Shown: piece after piece, positions 43,337-57,881 of the stretch
Layout: the number at the start of each line of letters is the position of its first letter
How positions within the stretch are numbered: position 1 is the stretch's first letter
NCBI GenBank assembly: GCA_033763315.1
Contig: JANRKS010000027.1
Coordinates: forward strand, 49,134-113,133
Source: Deltaproteobacteria bacterium
GTDB lineage: Bacteria > Myxococcota_A > Polyangia > Fen-1088
DNA length: 64,000 nucleotides
Direction of reading: 5' to 3'
Notes under the pieces: generated by a model
Told to the model about the DNA's origin: nothing
Databases searched by the model: none
The model's input: the letters and a program-made list of their open reading frames with translations, nothing else
Program-made: the position numbers and the translations under genes

Positions 43337-45217
43337 TCAGGAAGAGCGGGCTGCGGCGGTGACCGCGCCTGCGATGTGTCGCGTGTACGCCGCGCGCAGC
43401 GGCTCTTTTGTTAGCACCGTGAAAGCTTCGTTCAGCGCGGAACGAATCTCACCCAAGGCCAACGCCATCTCAACCGCCAGTGCAGGGCCCACCGTGCTGT
43501 CAGACAGCTCGCGCATGATGCGGTCATAGGCCGAGCGAATTTCACCTGGCGTCGCCGACGTTGAAACGCCCAGCACTTGAAAGTAGTCGCCTTCTTGCAC
43601 CAACGCCAAACGCGCGGTGATCCGTTCGCGATCAATTTCACGATCGCGCGTTGAAGCTGAATCCGCGGCCGCCGGCAACGCTTCGCCACTGTGTGCGGTG
43701 GTGAGCAAGCCGAACGCGCGCAAAACCACGGCCACCTGCCATACGTTTTGCTTCGGCTGCGCGCTCGCACGCACCACCTCAACCAATGACCTCACGCCGT
43801 CAAACAACACCGGCACCCGTGAAAGAGCTGGGTCGCCACCGCTGACCTCAAGGAGAATGTCGGGGGCGCTCAGCGTGCTTTCCAAGCGCCACGTCGCCGC
43901 TTCGTTGCCAAGCGCACGCAGCAAACGATTTTCATCGTAAGCACGCGCGACGCCTTCCAAAGCCAGGGCGGCCGGATGACGCAACAAACGAACGCGCCGC
44001 GGGTCCGCCGTGGTGCCCGTTTCAAAGCGGAAGCTGCCTTCGGTCCACTCGAACAACGAGAAGATGATCTCTTCGTAGTGCTGGCGCACGGCGGGCAACA
44101 GCTCGGTGCTTTTCAGAAAGCCCAAATCCACCAGGACCGCGCCCATGCGGCGCCCGGATTCCGTCGCAACGTCGATCGCGGTGCGGGCTTGTTCGTGGCT
44201 AAGCCCGCCTTGGCGCACAAGCATTTGCACCATGCGATCCGCAACCGCGCTCGACACAGCGAGAACAGGTCGCCCGGCCTCGAAGAACACTGACTTTTCC
44301 GTGTCACCGTGGCGCACACGCAAACGCCCCGTCACGCCTTCTTGCAACGCCAAGCCCAGCAAGGTTGGCAGCGACGTACCGGAAAGCTCACCCGCGGCTG
44401 GGAAACCAGCGCGTCGACCGCCGCGTCCCGAGCGCGCAGCGTCGCTGAACAAAGAGGCGGTGCCCAGCACGTGGCGCGCGTCCGCCAAGATCGTGTTCAC
44501 AAAATCCTGCGGCACTTCGCGCGTCTGTTCATCCATGCGTTCGCCGCGCAGCTTGGGCGCGGGTCCCACTTGGCTCAGCGTACGCTCCATCTCGGCGTCG
44601 AGCAGTTGATCAATCGAATCGGAGATCCGTCGCAACAGCGGCGCAGGCAACGCCTTCGTTTCGGGCGGCGCGCTGGCCGAACGACGCCGTTCCACTTGCA
44701 AAGGAGCCAAGCTGGGCAAAGCGCCATCAGGCGACAACGATCGCAACCGCGGCTCCGAAGGCGCTTTGCGCGTGAGGCTTGAATCGCGCTTCTCGAATTC
44801 AGCGTTGGGAGCCGGCGACGACCCCACGGCGGGCACTTCGGCGGTGGGCGGTGGCGGCACTTGCGAGGCCCGTCGACGGGTCACCAAGCCGCGCGCGGCT
44901 TCCACCACGGCTTGTGGCGCCACAGGACGCACGAACGCAACATCGGCCACCGCTTCAGCTTCAGCTTGCTCGGCCGCATCACACAACATGACAATGGGCA
45001 CGTTGCCACCCGGCAAACGCCGCAGCGCCAAGATCGTTTCGGGCACCTTGGCTTTGACGGCGCGGCTCGTGACCACGATGGCGTCGGGGCGAGCCGCCGC
45101 GACCCATCCAGAAAGCGAATCGCCCGCTTCGATGGCCAAAGCCTCGCAGTCGGCCGCGAGTGCCGCGCGACGAACGAGGTCCGCCTCATAGGGTCCGGCA
45201 ATGATCAGAAACTTCAC
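43337..45217 (-). CDS. Pseudo-receiver + DUF4388 + J-like domain protein
   Basis: Receiver-like N-terminus (RPDAIVV), TGRL...K.VFFEAGRP, W.EG.F.F, DYFQVLGV...EIR.AY. Confidence 0.8.
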   Translation of the reverse strand: MKFLIIAGPYEADLVRRAALAADCEALAIEAGDSLSGWVAAARPDAIVVTSRAVKAKVPETILALRRLPGGNVPIVMLCDAAEQAEAEAVADVAFVRPVAPQAVVEAARGLVTRRRASQVPPPPTAEVPAVGSSPAPNAEFEKRDSSLTRKAPSEPRLRSLSPDGALPSLAPLQVERRRSASAPPETKALPAPLLRRISDSIDQLLDAEMERTLSQVGPAPKLRGERMDEQTREVPQDFVNTILADARHVLGTASLFSDAARSGRGGRRAGFPAAGELSGTSLPTLLGLALQEGVTGRLRVRHGDTEKSVFFEAGRPVLAVSSAVADRMVQMLVRQGGLSHEQARTAIDVATESGRRMGAVLVDLGFLKSTELLPAVRQHYEEIIFSLFEWTEGSFRFETGTTADPRRVRLLRHPAALALEGVARAYDENRLLRALGNEAATWRLESTLSAPDILLEVSGGDPALSRVPVLFDGVRSLVEVVRASAQPKQNVWQVAVVLRAFGLLTTAHSGEALPAAADSASTRDREIDRERITARLALVQEGDYFQVLGVSTSATPGEIRSAYDRIMRELSDSTVGPALAVEMALALGEIRSALNEAFTVLTKEPLRAAYTRHIAGAVTAAARSS

Positions 45218-45227
45218 GCGATCGACA

Positions 45228-47755
<2,528 letters not shown>

Positions 47756-47759
<4 letters not shown>

Positions 47760-48493
47760 GGGTTCGCCGGGTTGCCGGGTTCGCGTTTCTTTAGCAACAC
47801 CTGCGATAAACGCTGGCGTTCGCGCCGCAAAGCCGGATCTCCAAACGTCCGCCTCGCTTCTTCATCCACTTCAGTGCGGCTCATGCGTAAGGCCTGCCGC
47901 CAACGCCACCGTTGCCACAAAAGATCGACCCCGGCGAGCAGACAAAGCGCCCCGCACACACTCAGCAGCAGATGCGCTGTGAGGCCGCCGGCTTGTCCAA
48001 GAAATGTGGCTGAGCCGGGCCGTGCCATGCGCATGAGTGCACCTCGCTGCGCCCACACAACAACGGCGCCTATGGCCAACGTGGCCACCATGACAATCAC
48101 CGGGGCTGCACGGCCCGCCTTGTGACGGGGTTCACGCACGCCCGGCAACTGCAACCGCCCTCGTGACTGCAACAACGCCAGCAAAGACGGCAACGCCCAC
48201 GCGGCCAGGACCACGGGGCCCAACAGCATCAGCAAGAGCGGCAAACTTTCGCGCAAAACCGACGAAACGCGCAGGTCGAAAGCGCCCACTGCGAACACGT
48301 GCCGCAAAGTCGAGCGCATCAGACCCACGAGCTTCACCACGGCCCAGCCGGCGCCGGCCATGCAAAGAAGCAGGCTTCCGCTTAACCCCACCACCGCACT
48401 CAACACGTGACTCGTCGGCACGTGCCCCGCGCGTATCGCGTCTGCCAAGCGGCGCGGCGACGCTGGTGTCGTTTTGTCAGCGGCCTCGCTCAT
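47756..48493 (-). CDS. flhB: FlhB/SctU-like export protein, C-terminally truncated (no NPTH/cytoplasmic domain)
   Basis: KT..ASPRRL..A...G.VP.S N-terminus, four hydrophobic segments, D..WQR....LRMS..EV..E....GDP, then stop. Confidence 0.8.
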
Positions 48494-49299
48494 GCGCCGC
48501 TGGCCCACAAAGACAGCGTGTGCAGCACCATGGAGGGAACGCGCGCCAAAGCACCTTCGAGCGCTGCCCGCACAAGGCCCAAGCTCAACAACACAGCCCC
48601 AAGACCAAGCAACGGCGATGATGCCCGCACAAGGTTGCTAAGGTCCACCCCGCCAGAGCCGGCCACCCGCGACGCCAACGCCACCACCACTTCACTTAGC
48701 CACACAGCAAGCAAAACAGGCGCGGCCATCGCGACGGCTGCCTCCAGCATGCCGCCCACGGCTTGCGCCACCACCGCCCACACAACCGGTTGGTTGGTGC
48801 CCTTTAAGCTTTGCTGCAGTGGCAACACCTCATACGTGCGCGCCAACGCTGAGATAAAGTGTGCTGGGCCCCCAAGAGCGCAAAACAGAACCACGGCCAA
48901 CAAGCCAAACAACACCGACAAAGGCGTGAGACCTTCGTTGGATGCGTCCAGGGGGTCCACAAGCGTGGGGCCATCCGCTCGGCGCCCCAGGTCCGCCACG
49001 TGCCCTGCCACCTCTGCGGCCTTGAACACAAGTGAAGCGAGCCAAGCCAGCACAAACCCGATCGCCACTTCTCGCACCAACAGCCACGGCCAATGCCCAT
49101 CGGTTCCACCCCAAAAGGCCGAAACCGGCAGCACGGCGCACAGCCAAGCGGCGAGCCCCCCGCCCATGCCCAATCGCAGAATCAACGGCAGCGAGGCGCC
49201 CCCAAAAAACGGCAACAGCACGACGGCCGGGGTCACGCGTGCGGCAATCAATACGAACACGCGGAAAGCTTCATCGAGCGATGTCGCAGCCAGCGTCAC
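48490..49299 (-). CDS. fliR: FliR/SctT export gate protein
   Basis: ARV....LPFFGG, REVAIG, AG...D, AL..TY..LP, AAPV; position after fliQ. Confidence 0.85.
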   Translation of the reverse strand: MTLAATSLDEAFRVFVLIAARVTPAVVLLPFFGGASLPLILRLGMGGGLAAWLCAVLPVSAFWGGTDGHWPWLLVREVAIGFVLAWLASLVFKAAEVAGHVADLGRRADGPTLVDPLDASNEGLTPLSVLFGLLAVVLFCALGGPAHFISALARTYEVLPLQQSLKGTNQPVVWAVVAQAVGGMLEAAVAMAAPVLLAVWLSEVVVALASRVAGSGGVDLSNLVRASSPLLGLGAVLLSLGLVRAALEGALARVPSMVLHTLSLWASGA

Positions 49300-49574
49300 C
49301 GCACACCCGCCATTAGCGAAAAAACAGACGTGGCAAAGCGCACCATCTGTGCGCCCAAATAGGGCCCCATGAGAACCAAACCGAGCAACAGGACCACCAA
49401 GCGAGGCACAAACCCCACCGCGTGATCATGGATCTGCGTGAGCGCTGAGAACGCACCCGACACCAAGCCCACCACGAACGTGGCCAGCAGCAAGGGCGCT
49501 GAGACCAACACCGCCAACAGCAGGCCTTCGCGCAACACCCGCAACACCAGATCAATGGACGAGGCGTTAAACAT
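49296..49574 (-). CDS. fliQ: FliQ/SctS export gate protein
   Basis: SAPLL....VGLV..F.ALTQI.D....FVPR. Confidence 0.88.
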   Translation of the reverse strand: MFNASSIDLVLRVLREGLLLAVLVSAPLLLATFVVGLVSGAFSALTQIHDHAVGFVPRLVVLLLGLVLMGPYLGAQMVRFATSVFSLMAGVR

Positions 49575-50283
49575 AGGACGACACCAAGCCACGCAAGATC
49601 AGGTTCCAACCATCCGCCAACACGAACAACAAGATCTTGAGCGGCAGCGCAATGACAGTGGGCGAAAGCGTTTGAAGGCCGAGCGCTGCCAGCAGGTTTG
49701 CGATCACGAGATCCAAAACCAGAAACGGGATGAAGATCAGAAACCCCATCTCGAAGGCACGCCGCAGTTCAGACACGACAAAGGCCGGCGCTAACACCAA
49801 CACATCATCCGCATGAACGGTGCCCTGCGGGTCACCTGACCGCAATCGCTTTGCCAGCGCAAAAAACGTGTCGCGGTCGCGGCCCTGCGCGAATTTGGCG
49901 AGAAATGCTCGCACCGGTGGCTTGCCCGCGGCCACGGCGTCTGAGATGACGCTAAGGCCAGCCGGCGTCGTCAACTCAGCCTGTGAACCTTGCCGCCACA
50001 CAGGCTCAACGGCGTTCATCACTGCCTCGGCCGTGGGCGCCATAATGAACACCGTCAACAATAACGCCAGGCCACTGATGACCTGCCCCGGCGGTACCTG
50101 GCCCGCGCCAAGCGCGCTTCGCAGGATCGCCATCACAACGGATACCTTTACGAAGCTTGTCAGCATCAGCGCAATGAAGGGCACCAGCGACAGCGCGGCC
50201 AGCACCATCACCACAGCCAAGGGCCGGCTGCCCGTTTCGCTCACCGCCGCGCCAAGGCCTGCCAAAACCGCGGGTGCCATCAC
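49567..50283 (-). CDS. fliP: FliP/SctR export gate protein
   Basis: TSFVKV.VV..ILR.ALG..QVPP, LT.FIMAP, PAF..SEL..AF..GF, LPLK.LLFVL.DGW. Confidence 0.92.
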   Translation of the reverse strand: MMAPAVLAGLGAAVSETGSRPLAVVMVLAALSLVPFIALMLTSFVKVSVVMAILRSALGAGQVPPGQVISGLALLLTVFIMAPTAEAVMNAVEPVWRQGSQAELTTPAGLSVISDAVAAGKPPVRAFLAKFAQGRDRDTFFALAKRLRSGDPQGTVHADDVLVLAPAFVVSELRRAFEMGFLIFIPFLVLDLVIANLLAALGLQTLSPTVIALPLKILLFVLADGWNLILRGLVSSYV

Positions 50284-50630
50284 TTAACCTTCCCCACAAG
50301 CCGTTGCCACAACGGCCCCGCGACCGCCGGCGCCGCTTCCGCCGCGACCTTGGCCATTGTGTCTGCGTCCACCTCAGCGATGAGCGCCACGCCCGCTTCA
50401 GACGAGGCCAGCAGAAACCCCCGCCCCGCCACGTCAACCACCAGCAAACTGCGCCGCGGCTCAAGTGGCGTGCGCGCCACAACCCGCAACGCGCCCCTGG
50501 CTGCCCCAGCGGTCCGCGCGCTAATCAATCGAAGGGCTACATAAGCCACAACGCACACCACCCCCAAGGAGAGAAATGAAACCGCCAACGAGCCTCCCGT
50601 GGTCCCTAGGTCTGCCGCCGCATCCGTCAT
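50280..50630 (-). CDS. fliO: FliO-like protein
   Basis: One N-terminal TM, then LRVVARTPL.PRRSL.VV.V.GR..LL..S..GV.LI. Confidence 0.8.
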   Translation of the reverse strand: MTDAAADLGTTGGSLAVSFLSLGVVCVVAYVALRLISARTAGAARGALRVVARTPLEPRRSLLVVDVAGRGFLLASSEAGVALIAEVDADTMAKVAAEAAPAVAGPLWQRLVGKVK

Positions 50631-50708
50631 GCCGCGATTATTCGCGCGGCCCCACAAACGAAGTCAACGGGCAGCGTGCGCCGTGTGGCGATTCCCCTCC
50701 CCAGACGC

Positions 50709-50737
50709 AAAAAAGGCCCGAAGTTGCCTTCGAGCCT
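50709..50737 (-). terminator. Intrinsic terminator of alpha operon
   Basis: GGCTCGAAG-GCAA-CTTCGGGCC-TTTTTT. Confidence 0.85.
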
Positions 50738-50763
50738 CATCGCTGGTTCGCTTGGGAAGCGTG

Positions 50764-51261
50764 TTATTCCGCAGAAGCGGCCGTCTCGGCCTTCTTCTTA
50801 GAAGCCTTCGGCGCCTTGCCTTCGGCTTTTGGTTCCTTGGCGGCTGGAGCGTCGTCTGGCATCAGCTGCAGAATCGACATCGGGGCTGCATCACCTGGGC
50901 GCTGACCCACCTTCACAACGCGGGTGTAACCACCGCGGCGGGCTGCGTAGCGCGGGCCGATTTCATCGAACAACTTTTGCACAGCTTCGCGGCTCTTCAC
51001 AACCTTGCGAGCTTCGCGCATGGCATTGACCACGCGGGCTTGCTCTTCCGTTGTGCGCTTTTCCACCGATTTGCTGAGCACGTCGCTCAAACGACGAGCC
51101 AACGAGATGGTGCGTTCGGCAATTTGGGCCGTGGCGCGCGCCTTCACGTGCGTAGTCTTGATTTCCTCATTCGCAAACAAGGCCGCAACCAAGTTTGAGA
51201 ACAACGCCTTGCGGTGGGCTGGCGTGCGGGAAAGATGTACCCCTGCTTTACGATGTCGCAT
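50764..51261 (-). CDS. rplQ: 50S ribosomal protein L17
   Basis: MRHRK, R.GGYTR, R.GDAA.M. Confidence 0.97.
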   Translation of the reverse strand: MRHRKAGVHLSRTPAHRKALFSNLVAALFANEEIKTTHVKARATAQIAERTISLARRLSDVLSKSVEKRTTEEQARVVNAMREARKVVKSREAVQKLFDEIGPRYAARRGGYTRVVKVGQRPGDAAPMSILQLMPDDAPAAKEPKAEGKAPKASKKKAETAASAE

Positions 51262-51350
51262 TGTCGAACCTAATTTTTCTCAGAATCGGTAAATCAAAAC
51301 CGAGCAGCGGCACATTGCCGCGGCTCAGCGTATTGCTCGTCAGACCCGCT

Positions 51351-52394
<1,044 letters not shown>

Positions 52395-52510
52395 TCAGTT
52401 CTCCTCTTTCGAGTCTCTCGAGTCTTCGAGTTTCTTCAAATCCGTCAAATGTTGCGAGCCCCGCAGGGCCCGCGAACTCTGGGCTAAATCTGTTACCGAC
52501 CGTGTCCGAA

Positions 52511-53140
52511 CTACTTCGAGTAAAGCTCGATGATGAGCTGCTCGCGGATCGGCATCGTCAAATCTTGACGAGATGGAAGGTCAACGAGTTTGCCCGTGAA
52601 ACCGTCCTTGTCCAATTCAAGCCACCGAGGCACACCCCGGCGATCCACTGTGCCAACGCTTTCCAAGATACGCGTCACCTTGCGGGACTTGTCGCGCACC
52701 ACGATGGTGTCAGACGACTTGCACAAGAAGGAAGGAATGTTGACGCGCTGACCATTCACCGTGAAGTGACCGTGACGAACCAACTGGCGCGCCTCTGCGT
52801 GGTCAGAAGCAAAACCCAATCGGTAGATCACGTTGTCGAGGCGGCGTTCAAGCAGCTGCAACAAGTTTTCACCGGTGACGCCCTTCATGCGGGCGGCCTT
52901 GAAGTAGTAACCGCGGAACTGGCGTTCTGCGATCCCGTACATACGTTTCACTTTTTGCTTCTCGCGAAGCTGCGCGCCGTAGTTTGAAACCTTGCGGCGG
53001 CGTGATTGCCCGTGCTGACCAGGAGCGTAAGCGCGACGTTCATAACCGCACTTATCGGTGTAGCAACGATCGCCCTTCAAGAAGAGCTTCGTCTCTTCGC
53101 GACGGCACAAGCGGCAAACTGGACCAATGTATCTCGCCAT
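52511..53140 (-). CDS. rpsD: 30S ribosomal protein S4
   Basis: [31 protein letters not shown]. Confidence 0.98.
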   Translation of the reverse strand: MARYIGPVCRLCRREETKLFLKGDRCYTDKCGYERRAYAPGQHGQSRRRKVSNYGAQLREKQKVKRMYGIAERQFRGYYFKAARMKGVTGENLLQLLERRLDNVIYRLGFASDHAEARQLVRHGHFTVNGQRVNIPSFLCKSSDTIVVRDKSRKVTRILESVGTVDRRGVPRWLELDKDGFTGKLVDLPSRQDLTMPIREQLIIELYSK

Positions 53141-53192
53141 ATTTCGTCTCGTTCGGTCTGGAGAAAAATCTAAGGAGTCTAAAGAGCCCGCG

Positions 53193-53576
53193 TCACACGC
53201 GGCGGCGCTTCGGAGGACGGCAACCGTTGTGTGGAATCGGCGTCAAGTCGCGAATGAAGTTCACCTTCAAGCCGCTGGCGCCAATGCCGCGCAGCGCGGA
53301 TTCGCGTCCCGATCCTGGACCCTTGATAAAGATGTTCACGTTGCGAAGACCATGGTCCATCGCCTTGCGGGCGGCGTCTTCAGCAGCCAACTGGGCGGCG
53401 AACGGCGTCGACTTGCGCGAGCCCTTAAAGCCGCGCACGCCAGCGGACGACCACGACAACACGTTGCCGGACACGTCCGTGATCGTGACCATCGTGTTGT
53501 TGAACGTCGCGGTAATGTGAACATTGCCGCTTTGAACGTTCTTCTTAACTTTCTTCTTCTGCTTATCCGTAGCCAT
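53193..53576 (-). CDS. rpsK: 30S ribosomal protein S11
   Basis: [30 protein letters not shown]. Confidence 0.98.
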   Translation of the reverse strand: MATDKQKKKVKKNVQSGNVHITATFNNTMVTITDVSGNVLSWSSAGVRGFKGSRKSTPFAAQLAAEDAARKAMDHGLRNVNIFIKGPGSGRESALRGIGASGLKVNFIRDLTPIPHNGCRPPKRRRV

Positions 53577-53578
53577 GT

Positions 53579-53956
53579 TTAGGCGACCTTCTTCTTCGCG
53601 ATTTGACCCTTACGTGGCCCCTTGCGGGTACGTGAATTCGTGTGCGTACGTTGACCGCGCACTGGCAAACCACGACGGTGGCGCAAACCACGGTAGCAGC
53701 CCAAGTCCATCAAACGCTTGATGTTGAGGCCGATCTCACGACGAAGGTCACCTTCGATCTTGATATCGAGTTTCTCAATAATCTCGCGGATTCGGCGACT
53801 TTCATTGTCGTCCAAATCATCACTGCGTTTATCCAAGGAAATCTCAGCCGCATCTAAAACGATGCGCGATTGGTGAATACCAATTCCGTAGATATAGGTG
53901 AGCGCAATTTCCATGCGCTTATTACGGGGAAGATCGACGCCTGCAACACGAGCCAT
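53579..53956 (-). CDS. rpsM: 30S ribosomal protein S13
   Basis: [27 protein letters not shown]. Confidence 0.98.
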   Translation of the reverse strand: MARVAGVDLPRNKRMEIALTYIYGIGIHQSRIVLDAAEISLDKRSDDLDDNESRRIREIIEKLDIKIEGDLRREIGLNIKRLMDLGCYRGLRHRRGLPVRGQRTHTNSRTRKGPRKGQIAKKKVA

Positions 53957-53961
53957 TCCGG

Positions 53962-54075
53962 TTACCCCTGCCGCTGGTTGTGACGGCGGTTATCGCAAAT
54001 CACCCGAACGACGCCACGTCGACGGATAACTTTGCATTTTTCACAAATCTTTTTAACGGATGCGCGAACTTTCAT
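53962..54075 (-). CDS. rpmJ: 50S ribosomal protein L36 (not in ORF track)
   Basis: Translated by hand: [37 protein letters not shown]. Confidence 0.95.
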   Translation of the reverse strand: MKVRASVKKICEKCKVIRRRGVVRVICDNRRHNQRQG

Positions 54076-54168
54076 GAATGATTTCCAGAGCAATTCAAAG
54101 ATTGGACAGATGCGCCGCTCGTATCGTCGGCATCAGGCTTGCAGCCTACAGGACCGAAATGGGGCGGA

Positions 54169-54197
54169 AAGCTACCACCAAAGGTGCAAGCCGTCCA
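54169..54197 (-). promoter_or_regulatory. Putative sigma70 promoter for rpmJ-alpha operon
   Basis: TGGACG-N17-TAGCTT with TG extension. Confidence 0.4.
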
Positions 54198-54253
54198 GCC
54201 AACAATTTTTCTAGATGTGCGTTTTCTTTCGACAAAGCTGAAAGAAAAGTTGT

Positions 54254-55600
54254 CTAGGCCTCCACCGGGGTGGTTGCCGTGACTGCGCGGCCACGGATGC
54301 GCGGTCCCTTGGGACCCGTAAAACCTTCATAACTCCGCGAGATCAAGTGCGACTCGATCTGCTGAACCGTATCCAGAGCCACACCCACCACGATCATCAG
54401 GCCCGTGCCACCGAATTGAAAAGGCACGCCCATCTTGGTGGACAGAATCGAAGGCAACACGCAAATCGCCGAGATGTAGAGGGCACCGCCAAAGGTGATC
54501 TTCGTCAGAACGCTATCGATGTACTCGGCGGTCGCTTTGCCGGGGCGAATGCCCGGAACGAAGCCACCGGCCTTGCGGAGGTTGTCGGCCACGTCAACGG
54601 GATTGAACGTGACGGCCGTGTAGAAGTAACAGAAGAACACGATCATGCCGACGTACACCACGTTGTAGCGCCAGTCGCCGGGCCGCAAAGCCTCAGCCAC
54701 CGCACGCGACCAGGGGTGGTCGATGTAGGAAGCCACCTGCGAGGGGAACATCAGGATCGATGAAGCAAAGATCGGAGGGATGACGCCTGCGGTGTTGACC
54801 TTCAACGGCAAGTGCGTTGACTGGCCGCCATAGACGTTGCGGCCCACCTGACGCTTAGCGTACTGCACCGGAATCCGGCGCTGCCCACGCTCGAAGAAGA
54901 TGATCAGCCCGACGACGGCCACCACGATGCTGGCCACAATCAGCAGCGTAAACAGCGTGATTTCGCCGGCCTGCGCCTTTTGAAACAGCTTCACTGTGGC
55001 GTCGGGCAAGTCGGTGACAATGCCCGCGAAAATGATCAACGAAATGCCGTTGCCAATGCCGCGCTCGGTGATCTGCTCACCCAGCCACATGATGAAAGCC
55101 GTACCCGTGGTCAGCGAAATCATCGTGACCAGGTAGAAGTGCCAACCTGGATCGGGAACCACGGGGCCAAGCTGCGCATAGGCCACGTTGTTCGACACCA
55201 GCCAGCGGGCAATGAAGAACGACTGCACCATCGACAGCAAGACGCTGCCGTAACGGGTGTATTGGTTCAAACGTCGACGGCCGAGCTCCCCTTCCTTTTG
55301 GATTTGGTCCAACTTGGGAACCACCACCGTCAGGAGCTGCAAGATGATCGACGCCGAAATGTACGGCATGATGCCGAGCGCGAAGATCGACATCTGCTCA
55401 AGGGCGCCGCCCGAGAACATGTTGAACATGCCCAAGAACGTGCCCGAAGCTTGGTTGACGATCTTATCCATGACCGAGCGATCGACGCCCGGCGTGGTTA
55501 CGAAGACGCCGACCCGGTAAACCGCCAGCAGTGCCAGGGTAAATAGAATCCGTCGACGAAGCTCTGGGATCTTCCCGATTCCTTGAAAGCTCGACGCCAT
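54254..55600 (-). CDS. secY: Preprotein translocase SecY
   Basis: [37 protein letters not shown]. Confidence 0.98.
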   Translation of the reverse strand: MASSFQGIGKIPELRRRILFTLALLAVYRVGVFVTTPGVDRSVMDKIVNQASGTFLGMFNMFSGGALEQMSIFALGIMPYISASIILQLLTVVVPKLDQIQKEGELGRRRLNQYTRYGSVLLSMVQSFFIARWLVSNNVAYAQLGPVVPDPGWHFYLVTMISLTTGTAFIMWLGEQITERGIGNGISLIIFAGIVTDLPDATVKLFQKAQAGEITLFTLLIVASIVVAVVGLIIFFERGQRRIPVQYAKRQVGRNVYGGQSTHLPLKVNTAGVIPPIFASSILMFPSQVASYIDHPWSRAVAEALRPGDWRYNVVYVGMIVFFCYFYTAVTFNPVDVADNLRKAGGFVPGIRPGKATAEYIDSVLTKITFGGALYISAICVLPSILSTKMGVPFQFGGTGLMIVVGVALDTVQQIESHLISRSYEGFTGPKGPRIRGRAVTATTPVEA

Positions 55601-55637
55601 GTTCGTCTCCTAAGCCCTTGCCTCTGGCAGTTTCAAA

Positions 55638-56093
55638 TTAGGCGCCCGCAACTTCAGCGGCGCCGCCAGCCTTTTCCAGCTTCTCTTTTGCAGAGCCAGA
55701 AAATGCATCAGCCTTGATCACGAACTTCTTCGTGACTTCGCCCGTTCCCAAGATCTTCACCTTGTCGGCGTTGCGTGGCACAAGGCCCGCTGCCTTCAAA
55801 GCAACGACATCAAGCGAACCAGCCTGGCAAGCCTCTTCGATGTCGCCCACATTGACCGCGAAGTATTCGACGCGGAAGGCATTCTTGAAGCCGCGCTTTG
55901 GCAAGCGACGCTGCATTGGAATCTGACCGCCTTCGAAGCCGAAGCGCGCGCCGTGGTGGCCTGTGCGGGCCTTTTGACCCTTAACGCCCTTACCAGACGT
56001 CTTACCGTGACCCGAACCTGGACCGCGACCAATGCGCTTGCGCTTCTTGGTGGCGCCGTCGGCCGGCTTGAGGGTGTGGAGTGTCGTACCCAT
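55638..56093 (-). CDS. rplO: 50S ribosomal protein L15
   Basis: [24 protein letters not shown]. Confidence 0.97.
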   Translation of the reverse strand: MGTTLHTLKPADGATKKRKRIGRGPGSGHGKTSGKGVKGQKARTGHHGARFGFEGGQIPMQRRLPKRGFKNAFRVEYFAVNVGDIEEACQAGSLDVVALKAAGLVPRNADKVKILGTGEVTKKFVIKADAFSGSAKEKLEKAGGAAEVAGA

Positions 56094-56121
56094 GTTCTTG
56101 TCCTATTTCTAAGGAGTCCAG

Positions 56122-56307
56122 CTATTCAGCCGGCTCCACCTTCACGAGATGGGAAACCGAACGAATCATGCCGCGAACGGCCTCGTTGTCCGGAACCACG
56201 TTGCTGGCATGAACCTTACGAAGGCCAAGGCGAACGATCGTCGCCTTTTGCCTCTCTTGCCGGTTGATGCCGCTTCGCACCAGTGTCACTTTGAGATTCT
56301 TTGCCAT
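56122..56307 (-). CDS. rpmD: 50S ribosomal protein L30
   Basis: LKVTLVRS.I, LGLRK, RGMI..VSHLV. Confidence 0.95.
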   Translation of the reverse strand: MAKNLKVTLVRSGINRQERQKATIVRLGLRKVHASNVVPDNEAVRGMIRSVSHLVKVEPAE

Positions 56308-56367
56308 GACTAGATGACTTTCTCGACGTAGCGCTTGTCCGTCCGTGCTTGCCCGAAGGGACAAGGA

Positions 56368-56868
<501 letters not shown>

Positions 56869-56926
56869 TTGAAATCCTGTCCTAATCTCGAGTGAGCGAA
56901 AATGGGTCTAACAACTAGGCGTGGGC

Positions 56927-57301
56927 CTAGAAGTCGAGGCCGCCCTCCCGAGCGCCATCGGCAACCTTAGAAACACGTCCGTGGTAAAGGTAACCAGCGC
57001 GGTCGAACACCACCTGCTTGATACCCTTCTCAAGGCAACGTGCCGCAACAACTTTGCCAACTTCTTTGGCGCGTGTGCTCTTGTCGCCTTCGATGGCCGC
57101 ACCAGGCTTGCCATCTTTTTTAACCACCAAGTCAGAGGCAGAAGCCAACACCTGGTTCGCCGTGTCGTCGATGACTTGGCAGTAGATGTGGCTCGAGCTT
57201 CGGAACACAACCAAGCGCGGACGCTCGGTCGTGCCCGTGATCCGCTTGCGGATTGAACGGTGGCGACGTTTGCGTGGGTCCGTAATCTTCTTAATCGGCA
57301 T
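56927..57301 (-). CDS. rplR: 50S ribosomal protein L18
   Basis: GTTERPRL, VVFDR.GYLYHGRV, AREGGL.F. Confidence 0.97.
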   Translation of the reverse strand: MPIKKITDPRKRRHRSIRKRITGTTERPRLVVFRSSSHIYCQVIDDTANQVLASASDLVVKKDGKPGAAIEGDKSTRAKEVGKVVAARCLEKGIKQVVFDRAGYLYHGRVSKVADGAREGGLDF

Positions 57302-57319
57302 ATTCGACTCCGGTGGGGA

Positions 57320-57856
57320 CTAGCTTGCCCCGGACTTACCGGCCTTGCGCCGGATAACCTCTTCAACATACTTCACACCCTTGCCCTTGTAGGGTTCGGG
57401 GAGCCGCATCTTGCGCAGCTCGGAAGCCGTTTGACCCAACACCTCTTTGTCGGCGCCCGACAAAATGATGCGGTTCTTATCAACCTTGGCCGCCACACCC
57501 TTGGGCAGCTTGTAGTCGATGGGGTGCGAGTAGCCGAGGACCATGTTCAAGCTCTCGCCCTTGACCTCAGCGCGGTAACCCACGCCGTTGATCTCGAGTT
57601 CGCGGACCCAGCCTTCGCTGACGCCCTTGACCATGTTCGCCAAGTGGGAGCGAGCCATGCCGTGGTTGGTCCGCTCTTCGCGGGACTCACCGGCACGGGT
57701 CAGCACCAACTTGTCCCCTTCCGTCGTCATCTTGACGTTGGAAGGAAACGGACGCTTGAGTTCGCCCTTCGGGCCCTTAACGGCCAACTGGCCGTCTTTC
57801 ACGTTGACCGTAACCCCTTTGGGGACGGTGACTGGTTTTTTGCCAATGCGAGACAT
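57320..57856 (-). CDS. rplF: 50S ribosomal protein L6
   Basis: MSRIGK, GVGYRA, PEPYKGKG. Confidence 0.98.
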   Translation of the reverse strand: MSRIGKKPVTVPKGVTVNVKDGQLAVKGPKGELKRPFPSNVKMTTEGDKLVLTRAGESREERTNHGMARSHLANMVKGVSEGWVRELEINGVGYRAEVKGESLNMVLGYSHPIDYKLPKGVAAKVDKNRIILSGADKEVLGQTASELRKMRLPEPYKGKGVKYVEEVIRRKAGKSGAS

Positions 57857-57881
57857 GGTTGTCTTCCTATTACTTTCGCGC

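Noticed and set aside
50637-50667. TTGACT-N19-AATAAT as a firm fliO promoter
   Set aside because: The 19-nt spacer is atypical; kept only as weak support. No sigma28 box was seen either.
52395-52510. TCGAGT x3 and hairpin between rpsD and rpoA
   Set aside because: Too short and degenerate to assign; likely an ordinary intercistronic stem.
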